Below are positions 1 through 8,771 of a DNA stretch of 64,000 nucleotides, piece by piece (position 1 is the stretch's first letter; every line of letters begins with the position of its first letter). The position numbers were made by a program, and so were the translations under genes. Source of the stretch: Candidatus Dormiibacterota bacterium (GTDB taxonomy: Bacteria > Eisenbacteria > RBG-16-71-46 > SZUA-252); assembly GCA_035635575.1 (NCBI GenBank), contig DASQAV010000031.1, positions 1,527 to 65,526 on the forward strand. Direction: 5' to 3'. Below the pieces are notes generated by a model. It did not search any database. It was not told where the DNA came from and saw only the letters and a program-made list of their open reading frames with translations.

Positions 1-1040
1 GCCTCCTCCGGGTCGCGCAGGAACGCTACGTTCTCCCGGCGCTCCCCTTCCTCTATCTCGGGACGTCGGTCGCGATCGTGCGCGCGGCGGGACGGGCGCA
101 TGCGCGTCTCCTGCCGAACGCTCGGGCCGGAGCAGCCGCTCTCTCACCGGCGGTCCTGGCTGGCTTCCTGGCCGCCGCGGCGATCGCCTGGCCCTTTCAC
201 GAGCTCCTCGCCACCCGGCACTCCCTGGGCCTTCCCGACTCGAGGCATCTCTCCCGCCGCTGGATCCAGGAGCACGTCCCGCGGGACGCACGCATGGTGC
301 TCGAGCTCTACGGCCCGATCTTCGACGATGCGGAGCGCACCTTCGCGGTATGGCCGTTCTTCGCGATGCATTCGCTGGTGGGGAGTCCCGCCTATCATCC
401 CGAATTCCTGGATGGATTCGAGTACCACGTGGCGTCGAGCGAGATCTCCCGGCGCTTCGAGAGCGAGCCCGCCCGGCATCCCGTCGAGGTCGGCTACTAC
501 CGATGGCTCCAGGAGCACGCCGGGGTCGTCTGGGAATCGGACGTCAAGACCTCGTCCGGACCGCGCATCGTGATCCGCCGGCTCCCTCCGGGCATCAGCA
601 CCCGGGAGCAGCGCGACAGCATCTTCGCGGCGGCCATGCCCAAGCCCAGCGAGCTGGACCGCATCGAGCTCTGGTGCGTCGACTGCTCGAGGCTTTTCGC
701 CCGATTCGGCGACTATGCCCGGAGCGAAGAATGGGCGCGCCGCGGTCTGCGCGTCGGGGTGACGTCCATGGAGCCGCAGCTGCGTGCCGGACTGGCGATG
801 GCGCTCTGGTACCAGGGACAGCTCGACTCCGCGGACGCCGAGATCCGGGCGGCGATCGGAAAGGCGCCCCGCGAGCCCACCTTCCGCGCCGTCCACGGCG
901 CCATCCTGTCCGAGATGGCTCGCTCCGACGAAGCCCTGGCGGAGCTGAGAAAGGCGGTCGAGCTCGATCCGAATCATCCTCAGGCCGCGGCGGTGCGCGA
1001 GCAGATCGAGCGGATGGAGGCAGCCCGCAGGCCGCGCTGA
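1..1040 (+). CDS. 5'-partial CDS (open to the window start) encoding the C-terminal part of a membrane/TPR protein, possibly a GT-C (ArnT/PMT-like) TPR-fusion paralog
   Basis: The reading frame of ORF 78..1040 stays open back to nt 3, with no in-frame stop. The C-terminus has TPR-like repeats (LAMALWYQGQLDSADAEIRAAIGKAP..., AVELDPNHPQA). Codon usage is typical of the high-GC host. Confidence 0.55.
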   Translation, partial: LLRVAQERYVLPALPFLYLGTSVAIVRAAGRAHARLLPNARAGAAALSPAVLAGFLAAAAIAWPFHELLATRHSLGLPDSRHLSRRWIQEHVPRDARMVLELYGPIFDDAERTFAVWPFFAMHSLVGSPAYHPEFLDGFEYHVASSEISRRFESEPARHPVEVGYYRWLQEHAGVVWESDVKTSSGPRIVIRRLPPGISTREQRDSIFAAAMPKPSELDRIELWCVDCSRLFARFGDYARSEEWARRGLRVGVTSMEPQLRAGLAMALWYQGQLDSADAEIRAAIGKAPREPTFRAVHGAILSEMARSDEALAELRKAVELDPNHPQAAAVREQIERMEAARRPR

Positions 1041-1131
1041 CGGCTCCAGCCCCTTCCCAGACCGGTATTGGCTTCTCCCGTGTATGGATGTACCCTCCGC
1101 CGTATCCCACCTCACGCCAAAGGAGGACACG

Positions 1132-3891
1132 ATGAAGCTCGTGTGCTTCGCAGGAATCGCGGCCATTCTGTTCGCGCTGGTTCCCGCCACCGCTGCCGCG
1201 CAAACGGCAACCATCACGGGTTCGGTCGTCGACAGTACCGGAGAAGCGCTCCCGTCCGCGGTCATCCGTGTCGATGATTCCTCGCTCCGCGCCACCACGG
1301 GAGCAAACGGAGCGTACCGGATCGGAGGAGTGCCTCCTGGAGCCCACACCCTGCGCGTCTTCTTGATCGGCTACCGCCCCACGAGCCGTGAGATCACGGT
1401 CAGCGCGGGCGACTCTATGGAAGTGACGATCACCCTCGAGCGCACGCCCATTCTCATGGCGCCCACGGAAATCGTGGTTGGATCCCGCGCCCCGCACACG
1501 GCCGCGGACGAGTTGGCCGTGCCCGTGGATGTCTACACCTCGGAGGAGATCGCCAGACAGGGAACGAGTGAGACGACCCAGATCTTGCAGTCGTTGTCTC
1601 CCTCGGTGAACTTCCCGCGGCAGAGTGTCACCGACGCGACCGACGTCGTACGTCCCTTCACCCTTCGCGGCCTCAGTCCCGACCATACACTCGTTCTGGT
1701 GAACGGCGCGCGGCGGCATCAGACCGCGCTGGTCAACACGTTCGCCTACGGTACCGGGGCGGGCTCGAGCGGCGTGGATATGAACGCGATTCCGGCGAGC
1801 GCCATCGACCGGATCGAGGTGCTGCGCGATGGCGCGTCCGCGCAATACGGCTCCGATGCCATCGCCGGAGTTGTGAATGTTGTCACGAAGAAGGGGCGCT
1901 TCACGCCGTTCGTGAACGTGACTGGCGGCAGGTACACACCGAGAGATTACGGCGACGACGGAACGACGGTGGATGTCAATGGCGGATGGGGAGTCGGAGT
2001 GGGGTCGGGCTCTCTCGCGCTCTTCGGAGAATTCCTCGACCGCCAGCCCACGAATCGGGCCTGGGCGGATCCTTTCGATACGAGCGGAAACGGCCTGGCG
2101 GATTCGGTGAACAGCCAAGGCCAGGTGGTGATCAAGCGCAATCCGGTGCCCCAGCCGAATCATCACTGGGGAGACGGTCTCGAGAAGGACATCCTGACCT
2201 ACGGCGACCTTCGCCTGCCGATCAGCGAGAGCGGTGCCAATCAGATTTACGCCCATGGCGGATACAGCTACCGCAAGGGCACAGGGGACGGATTCCGGCG
2301 GTACGCCGGCAGCGATCGGAACTGGCCGCAGATCTATCCGCTGGGTTATCTGCCTGAGTTCAACCCGAACGTGACCGACTATTCGCTGACGGGCGGTGTT
2401 TGGGTGCGTCCGGCAGGCTGGTCGGTCGACGCGGGAGCTTCCTACGGACACAACGAGTTCGAATACAACCTGCGCCATACGCTCAACGTGTCCCTGGGTC
2501 CCAGACTCGATGTCCCAACGGCGCCCGGGCCCGACGGGATCCTCGGAAATTCAGACGATCCTGGAATCCCGAACCAGACCTCGTTCTTTGCCGGAAGACT
2601 GAAGCGTGGCGAGGCCATCGTGTCCGTGAACGCGTCCAGACCAGTCAAGGTGGGATTGGCGGAACCGCTCAACCTCGCTCTCGGGGTCTCCAACCGGTAC
2701 GAGCGCTGGCAGATCGTGCAAGGAGAGCGCGCCTCCTGGATCGACGGTGGGGATACGACGCAGACCGGAGGCGAGGCGGACGCGGGATCGCAGGTATTTC
2801 CAGGCTTTGCTCCTTCCGACGAGTCGAATTCCAGGCGAAACAATGTCGCAGGCTATGCCGACGTCGAAGCTCACCTCACGCCCAAGCTGCTGGCCGACGT
2901 GGCGGGACGTTTCGAGCACTACAGCGATTTCGGTTCCGTGTTCACGGGGAAAGCCGCGGCACGTCTTCAGCCGACGGAGCGAGTCACGCTTCGGGCTGCA
3001 GCGAGCACGGGCTTCCGCGCTCCCGGGCTGGGGCAGGTCCATTTCAGCAAGATCGTGACCAACTTCATCGGGGGCGTGCCCGAGGAGATCGGAATCTTTC
3101 CGGTCGATCATCCAGCCTCGCGCCTGCTCGGTTCCAAGCCGCTCAAGGAAGAGAAATCGGTGAACCTCAGCGCGGGGCTCGCCGTGAGTCCCCGCGACAA
3201 CGTCACGATCACGGCGGATTATTTCAACATCAAGATCAACGACAGGATCCTGCTCGGAGCCACCTTCGACGACGACACGACGCGCGCGATCCTGACCGCC
3301 GGGGGCTTCAGCGGGATCTCGGGGGTGCAGTATTTCACGAACGGGCTCGACACCCGGACCCAGGGAGTCGATCTGACCACCGATTGGCGCGTGTCGGCCG
3401 GTGGGTCCAAGAAGGTTGGACTTACCGCAGGCGTGAATTACACGAAGAACAGGATCACCCGGGTCGATCCGATTCCGGCGGTTCTTGCGACCTCGAGCGA
3501 GCCGGGGCTACTCGATGTCGTGACCCGGGTCGCGATCGAGGAGGAGCGCCCGGACTGGCGCGGGACCCTGTCCGCCGACTATTCAACGGGAGAGGTTCAC
3601 GCGCTGGGCCGCGGCTCCTACTACGGGAAGTTCGCCTCGGCACAGCCGGGGTACTGCGACGCGTGCCGCGAGACCTATGGAGCGAAAACGATTTTCGACG
3701 CAGAGCTGGGGTATCGCTTCAGCTCGATGGATCTGTCCTTTGGGGCGCGCAACATCTTCGACACGTACCCGGATCATCCGAAGCTGGATGCCAACAATAA
3801 CTTCGGAGTATTTCCGTGGGCGGCAGCGTCACCCTTCGGATACAACGGCCGTTATGTCTACGTCCGATCGGCCATCCCGCTGACGAGATAG
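1132..3891 (+). CDS. TonB-dependent outer-membrane receptor with an N-terminal carboxypeptidase regulatory-like (CarbopepD_reg) domain
   Basis: A signal peptide (MKLVCFAGIAAILFALVPATAAAQ) is followed by TITGSVVDSTGEALPSAVIRV...GAYRIGGVPPGAHTLRV, which matches CarbopepD_reg. A plug region follows (DVYTSEEIARQG, LRGLSPDHTLVLVNG). There is a long beta-barrel and the C-terminus ends in aromatic residues (GRYVYVRSAIPLTR). A strong RBS (AAAGGAGGAC) precedes the ATG at 1132. I prefer this internal start over the ORF-track start at 1084. Confidence 0.85.
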   Translation: MKLVCFAGIAAILFALVPATAAAQTATITGSVVDSTGEALPSAVIRVDDSSLRATTGANGAYRIGGVPPGAHTLRVFLIGYRPTSREITVSAGDSMEVTITLERTPILMAPTEIVVGSRAPHTAADELAVPVDVYTSEEIARQGTSETTQILQSLSPSVNFPRQSVTDATDVVRPFTLRGLSPDHTLVLVNGARRHQTALVNTFAYGTGAGSSGVDMNAIPASAIDRIEVLRDGASAQYGSDAIAGVVNVVTKKGRFTPFVNVTGGRYTPRDYGDDGTTVDVNGGWGVGVGSGSLALFGEFLDRQPTNRAWADPFDTSGNGLADSVNSQGQVVIKRNPVPQPNHHWGDGLEKDILTYGDLRLPISESGANQIYAHGGYSYRKGTGDGFRRYAGSDRNWPQIYPLGYLPEFNPNVTDYSLTGGVWVRPAGWSVDAGASYGHNEFEYNLRHTLNVSLGPRLDVPTAPGPDGILGNSDDPGIPNQTSFFAGRLKRGEAIVSVNASRPVKVGLAEPLNLALGVSNRYERWQIVQGERASWIDGGDTTQTGGEADAGSQVFPGFAPSDESNSRRNNVAGYADVEAHLTPKLLADVAGRFEHYSDFGSVFTGKAAARLQPTERVTLRAAASTGFRAPGLGQVHFSKIVTNFIGGVPEEIGIFPVDHPASRLLGSKPLKEEKSVNLSAGLAVSPRDNVTITADYFNIKINDRILLGATFDDDTTRAILTAGGFSGISGVQYFTNGLDTRTQGVDLTTDWRVSAGGSKKVGLTAGVNYTKNRITRVDPIPAVLATSSEPGLLDVVTRVAIEEERPDWRGTLSADYSTGEVHALGRGSYYGKFASAQPGYCDACRETYGAKTIFDAELGYRFSSMDLSFGARNIFDTYPDHPKLDANNNFGVFPWAAASPFGYNGRYVYVRSAIPLTR

Positions 3892-3900
3892 GAGGCGAAG

Positions 3901-4467
3901 TCACGCATCGTGTACGGCACCCTCCTTGCGGACTTCCGGCTCCTTCCGCGCCTTCGATTGCCCGACGACGATGTACGTGACGGTGTCCCAGGCGTTGTGA
4001 ATTCCAATGAAGAGCAGTAGTAGGGCGGCGGCGCCAACGGCGAACATTGCGGTCGATGGATCGTGCTTGAGCTGGATGGACCCGGCGAGAATCGCGACAT
4101 AGGCGGCACAGGGGAGCACCGCGTGCCACACCCAGTCCTCGGCAACCGGCTTGTAATCGTCTTGCCGCACGGCGCGCACCACGGTGAGAACGGCATACAC
4201 GGTCCCCGCGACGCCGACCGTACCCAAGGTGAGCGCGGCGCCGGAGAGCCCGTGCCAGGGAGAGCTGAGGATGGCGGCTAGAAGGAGGACGGCGGAGAAG
4301 TGTACGACCGTGGGTGTGCCGAACGCGGAGATCTGACGGCCGCTGCCCTGCATCCCTTGTTCGGCGATCAGCGCCATCACCACGAACTGAAGCCCGGTGA
4401 GGCCGCCGGCCGAGGAGCCCACGATGACGTAGAAGCTCTCCCAGGCAACGAACGGGGAAGCGTGCAT
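3901..4467 (-). CDS. hypothetical polytopic membrane protein
   Basis: 188 aa with about 5 hydrophobic helices (for example FVVMALIA, VVHFSAVLLLAAILSS, VLPCAAYVAILAGSI, MFAVGAAALLLLFIGI). The overlapping alternative-frame ORFs are Arg/Pro-rich junk. The start codon is uncertain. Confidence 0.55.
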   Translation of the reverse strand: MHASPFVAWESFYVIVGSSAGGLTGLQFVVMALIAEQGMQGSGRQISAFGTPTVVHFSAVLLLAAILSSPWHGLSGAALTLGTVGVAGTVYAVLTVVRAVRQDDYKPVAEDWVWHAVLPCAAYVAILAGSIQLKHDPSTAMFAVGAAALLLLFIGIHNAWDTVTYIVVGQSKARKEPEVRKEGAVHDA

Positions 4468-4511
4468 GGCCGGGAGAGTACCGCCTTGTCAGCCGCGTCC
4501 ACCACACCGTA

Positions 4512-5192
4512 ATGTGTGCGCCCGTGGCACTCCTTTTCCGTGACCGAAGCGCGGCGCAGGCAGGCGGCTACGTCCTGATCGTCGCGGCGATCCTCGTGGC
4601 GGTCGGGCTCGTCTTCCATCCGGTCCCCGCCGGCGGGTTCGAGGAGAAGCCCTCCGTGCTGCAGAACACGCCCTGGTGGGGGCCCATCCACGTCGCGATC
4701 GCTCTGGGATTCGTCCTCTGCGTCCTCGGCGCGATGCTCCTCCTCGTGGGGGGAGGCACGCTCACGCAGGATTGGGCGATGGCGCTCGCGTGGGGCTCGA
4801 TGACCGTGGGGATGACCTTCTTCGCGGGAGTCGCGCTGATCAACGGGTGGGTGATGCACTTCCTGGTCGCGCGCGGAGCCCCTCAGTCCGATCCCGTTCT
4901 GTACGCCGCGTTCAACCGTCTCCTCATCGGCTACGGCTGGCTGGGAAATCCGCTCTTTCTCCTCGGGCTCACCGCTCTCGCCGCGTCCGAAGTCCGCAGC
5001 CGTCACCTCGGCCTTCCGCGCTGGGCGGCGTGGTTCGGCCTCTGCGTCAGCGTGCTTTCCTGGGGACGCGGGATCGGATCCGCGACCGGACTCTATTTTC
5101 TCGAGCCGCTCATCTTCGCGAACGTACCCGCGTTTCTATGGCTCGGTTACGTGGGTTTGCACGTGGCGAGGGCGGCGCACCGCAATGCTTAA
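4512..5192 (+). CDS. hypothetical polytopic membrane protein
   Basis: 226 aa with about 6 predicted TM helices (YVLIVAAILVAVGLVF, HVAIALGFVLCVLGAMLLLV, MTFFAGVALINGWVMHFLV and others). It is divergent from the previous gene. I recognised no domain. Confidence 0.55.
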   Translation: MCAPVALLFRDRSAAQAGGYVLIVAAILVAVGLVFHPVPAGGFEEKPSVLQNTPWWGPIHVAIALGFVLCVLGAMLLLVGGGTLTQDWAMALAWGSMTVGMTFFAGVALINGWVMHFLVARGAPQSDPVLYAAFNRLLIGYGWLGNPLFLLGLTALAASEVRSRHLGLPRWAAWFGLCVSVLSWGRGIGSATGLYFLEPLIFANVPAFLWLGYVGLHVARAAHRNA

Positions 5193-5226
5193 CCCTTGAC
5201 ATCATTGTAATTACGGCGTATACTCC

Positions 5227-8200
5227 ATGGCTGTGCTGAACCCCCGCCACAGCCAATTTCTTCCGCTTGCTCTCGGAATCGCCCTCTCGGCCGCCCAACT
5301 CCTGAGTTCATCTCCGGCGCTCGCGGAATCGGAATCCGGTGAGAAAGTGCGGCTGGTCCTTCCCGCGAAGGGCAGAGCGACGGACGCGAGACGCATCAAC
5401 GCGGCAGGACAAGCGGTGGTGAACTTCGGCGAGATGTCACGTCGGGAGGAGCTGCTCGGGCCCCGGAAGGGCGAGATTCGCGCGAAGGTCATGGAGGAGC
5501 TGGAGGAGCCCGAAGAGCCGTTCTCCCCGTACGCGCCTCCATCCATCGAGCTTTCGCCGCTTCGGCCCGGGTCCATCCAGTCTCCCTCGGGAATCCAGGT
5601 GGTTTCGCCCTCGCCCACGCAGAGCTTCATGGGCCTCGACGACATCGCGATGGTGGATTCGCTCTACATCGTCATTCCGCCCGATTGCGGCGGAGCGGTG
5701 GGGCTGACGAAAGTCATGTCGGGGCTCAACAACAACTACCGCGTCTTCAACAAGGCGGACGGATCGGTGGTCAGCACGGTGGGGACGGCGACCTTCTGGG
5801 CGCCGTCCGGCGAGACCGCGCTGAATGGGCTCACCGACCCGCGCACGCTCTACGATCCCTACAACAACCGCTGGATCGCGGTCATGCAGACGGTCGGGTT
5901 GTCCGGGGACATCCTTCTCGGTGTCTCGCAGACCAGCGACCCCAATGGGGCCTGGTTCCTCTACCGCTTCGCGATCGGCTTCCAGATCGATTTCCCGATC
6001 GTGGGCTTCAACAAGAACTGGATCTCGATCTCGATCAATCGCTACAGCAACGCCGGGTTGTTCCAGCGGGGGATCAATCTCGTGGTCGACTACGGGCAAG
6101 CCCGAGCCGGAGTGGGCACCGGCATCCTATTCACCCTCGCAACGAATACCCACTTCTGCAGCGCACCCACGGCCACGTACTCCGCGACCGAGGACACGCT
6201 CTTCGTGATCACGCACCTCACCAGCACCGGCCCCACGTACAGCGTCGACCTCATCACTGGCACCCCGTCGGTGCCGGTCTACACCTCGGGTGCGGCGCTG
6301 ACGAGGCCCGGCGGGGCGTGGGCGCAGCCGACGCTGCCTAATAGTCAGGTCCTTCCCCAGAGCGCCCCGAACTCGGGCACGAGCGCCTGCAGTCCTCCCT
6401 GCGTGATCGAAACACAGGATTCCCAGGTGCGCTCGGCTCCCGTCTACCGGGGAGGCTCCCTCTACTACACGCAAACGATCGGGCTTCCCGCCGTTACCCT
6501 GTCGCACACCGCCGTCCAGTGGACGAAGCTCAACGCCACGGGCGGCGCTTTCCAGGACGGCGGGCGCATCGAGGATCCCACCGCGACCGCGACCAACGGA
6601 GGGAAGTGGTACGCGTTCCCGCACATCGCCAACAACTCGGTCGGCGATTTCATCGTCGGGTACTCGCAGTTCTCCTCGGCGCAGCACCCATCGGCGGGAT
6701 ACTCGATGCACCTCAACGGAGATGCCGCGGGAAGCCTTCGCGATCCTCTGATCTACAAGGCGGGCGAGGACTACTATCACAAGGACTTCGGCTCGGGCCG
6801 GAACCGCTGGGGGGATTTCAGCCAGGCGCAGGTGGATCCCTCCGATGACAAGACCCTGTGGGTGGTGCAGGAATACGGAAAGAATCGCACGGGTACGAAC
6901 GACGGCACGACGGGTGCGAACTCCAGCCGGTGGTCGACCTACTGGGCGAGCGTCGCCGGAGTGCCGACGGTCACGCTGGCTCCGGGTCCGAGCCTGAGCG
7001 AAGGGAACGCCGGCAACACGGCGTTCCAGTTCACCGTCAACTTCTCGAATCCACCGCCGCTGCCCATGACGGTGAATTATCAGACCTCGGACGGCACCGC
7101 GACGGTCGCCGACAACGACTATCAATCGGCGACGGGCACGCTGGCGGTTCCTCCCGGCACTCCAAGCGGCCTCATCACGATCAACGTCATCGGGGACACG
7201 AAGGTCGAGCCCAACGAGACGTTCACGCTCACGCTCACCGGCGCGGCCAACGGCGTCATCGGCTCACCGAACACCGCGACCGGAACGATCCTGAACGACG
7301 ACACCTATACGATCACGGCGTCGGCGGGGGCGAACGGTTCGATCAGCCCCAGCGGCGCCGTGAGCGTGCCTCCGGGAGGAACGCAGGCGTTCACCATCAC
7401 TCCGAACGCCTGCTACCACGTCGCGGACGTGCTCGTGGACGGCGTTTCGGCCGGGGCGGTCACGAGCTTCACCTTCTCGTCCGTGGCGGCGAGCCACACG
7501 ATCGCCGCGAGCTTCGCGATCGATACTTTCGTCATCACCGCCTCGGCGGGGAGCGGCGGGTCCATCGCTCCATCCGGCCCGGTCGCCGTGAATTGCGGCG
7601 CGAGCCAGGCCTTCACGATCACTCCCGACGCCAGTCACACGATCTCGGACGTCCTGGTGGACGGGGCCTCGGTGGGTACTGTGGCGGCGTTCACGTTCAC
7701 CAATGTGACGGCGGCCCACACCATCAGCGCCACGTTTGCCGCGGCCAGCTTCATCATCACGGCGTCCGCGGGCACCGGCGGCACGATCAGCCCCAGCGGG
7801 GCGGTCTCCGTGCCGTCCGGCCAGGACCAGATGTTCACGATCGCGCCGGGTCCCTGCTATCACGTCGACGACGTGCTGGTGGATGGATCCTCGGTGGGAG
7901 CGATGACGGCATACACGTTCCCGGCGGTGTCCGCGAATCACTCGATCGCGGCTGCCTTCGCGCCGGATCGATTGCTCTCGATCGGCGACGTGATCGCCTA
8001 CGAGGGAAACACCGGGACCACCGATTTCGATTTCCCCGTCCGGCTGTCGGGACCCTGCTCCGAAGAGGTGGACGTGATCTGGAAGACGGTGGACGGGACC
8101 GCCACCGCTTCGAGCGGCGACTTCGTGGCAGACTCGACGGCACTGGCGCTGGCTCCGGGCGCGACGTCGGGAACGATCACGGTGCGCGTGAACGGGGACC

Positions 8201-8604
8201 TGACTCCCGAGGACCACGAGACGTTCCTGGTGGACCTTCTGAGCCCCGTGAACGCCGGGATCCAGGATGGCGAGGGCTCGGGAACGATTCTGAACGACGA
8301 CGGGATCACGGCCGCGGAGGGGCTTTCCATCCGTGACGTGAGCCTGGCCATCCGCGGCAACCCGGTGGGGGACGCCGTGTCCTTCCGCCTGGGACTTCCC
8401 ACGTCCACGCGGGTCGAGCTCTCGATCTTCGACATCGCCGGACGTCGCGTGGCGCAGCCACTCAACACCAGCCTCGACCGGGGCTACCACACCGTGACCT
8501 GGAACCCCCGCCGCGATTCCGGCGCCCTGGGGTCCGGCGTCTACTTCGTCCGGTTCCAGGCCCAGGGACGGACCGTGGAGCGGAGGTTCGTGGTTCTCCG
8601 CTGA
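5227..8604 (+). CDS. large secreted multidomain protein: unknown ~550-aa N-terminal domain, Calx-beta, three tandem divergent InlB-B-repeat-like Ig domains, second Calx-beta, and a T9SS-type C-terminal sorting domain
   Basis: Signal peptide MAVLNPRHSQFLPLALGIALSAAQLLSSSPALAESES. Calx-beta-like segments (TVNYQTSDGTATVADNDYQSATGTLAVPPG...ETFTLTLTG...GTILNDD, and again at IWKTVDGTATASSGDFVAD...GTILNDD). Three ~73-aa repeats of the form ITASAG.GGSISPSG.V.V..G..Q.FTITP...HV.DVLVDG.SVG....TF..V.A.H.I.A.FA. C-terminal segment VELSIFDIAGRRVA...GSGVYFVRFQAQGRTVERRFVVLR. Confidence 0.85.
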   Translation: MAVLNPRHSQFLPLALGIALSAAQLLSSSPALAESESGEKVRLVLPAKGRATDARRINAAGQAVVNFGEMSRREELLGPRKGEIRAKVMEELEEPEEPFSPYAPPSIELSPLRPGSIQSPSGIQVVSPSPTQSFMGLDDIAMVDSLYIVIPPDCGGAVGLTKVMSGLNNNYRVFNKADGSVVSTVGTATFWAPSGETALNGLTDPRTLYDPYNNRWIAVMQTVGLSGDILLGVSQTSDPNGAWFLYRFAIGFQIDFPIVGFNKNWISISINRYSNAGLFQRGINLVVDYGQARAGVGTGILFTLATNTHFCSAPTATYSATEDTLFVITHLTSTGPTYSVDLITGTPSVPVYTSGAALTRPGGAWAQPTLPNSQVLPQSAPNSGTSACSPPCVIETQDSQVRSAPVYRGGSLYYTQTIGLPAVTLSHTAVQWTKLNATGGAFQDGGRIEDPTATATNGGKWYAFPHIANNSVGDFIVGYSQFSSAQHPSAGYSMHLNGDAAGSLRDPLIYKAGEDYYHKDFGSGRNRWGDFSQAQVDPSDDKTLWVVQEYGKNRTGTNDGTTGANSSRWSTYWASVAGVPTVTLAPGPSLSEGNAGNTAFQFTVNFSNPPPLPMTVNYQTSDGTATVADNDYQSATGTLAVPPGTPSGLITINVIGDTKVEPNETFTLTLTGAANGVIGSPNTATGTILNDDTYTITASAGANGSISPSGAVSVPPGGTQAFTITPNACYHVADVLVDGVSAGAVTSFTFSSVAASHTIAASFAIDTFVITASAGSGGSIAPSGPVAVNCGASQAFTITPDASHTISDVLVDGASVGTVAAFTFTNVTAAHTISATFAAASFIITASAGTGGTISPSGAVSVPSGQDQMFTIAPGPCYHVDDVLVDGSSVGAMTAYTFPAVSANHSIAAAFAPDRLLSIGDVIAYEGNTGTTDFDFPVRLSGPCSEEVDVIWKTVDGTATASSGDFVADSTALALAPGATSGTITVRVNGDLTPEDHETFLVDLLSPVNAGIQDGEGSGTILNDDGITAAEGLSIRDVSLAIRGNPVGDAVSFRLGLPTSTRVELSIFDIAGRRVAQPLNTSLDRGYHTVTWNPRRDSGALGSGVYFVRFQAQGRTVERRFVVLR
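7304..7962 (+). repeat. three in-frame tandem coding repeats (~219 nt period) inside the 5227..8604 gene
   Basis: Units start near 7304, 7521 and 7741. Each encodes an InlB-B-repeat-like domain. Nucleotide-level similarity is visible (e.g. atcacggcgtcggcggggg / atcaccgcctcggcgggg / atcacggcgtccgcgggc). Confidence 0.8.
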
Positions 8605-8652
8605 ACCAGCCGGTCCCACACCCATTAGATCTCGGCTGAAGGAGTCGACTTC

Positions 8653-8690
8653 GAGCGGAGAGCACATAGGCTCTCCGCTCGTTTACTTTT
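8653..8690 (+). terminator. rho-independent terminator downstream of the 5227..8604 gene
   Basis: Perfect 11-bp inverted repeat GAGCGGAGAGC-acatag-GCTCTCCGCTC, followed by the T-rich stretch GTTTACTTTT. Confidence 0.7.
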
Positions 8691-8771
8691 AGGCGCCCGT
8701 CTGATTATTCTTGAGGTTCGTCTTTTCGGGCCATGTCTGCCCGCGGTCACGCCTCCGACTGGAGACCTCTC

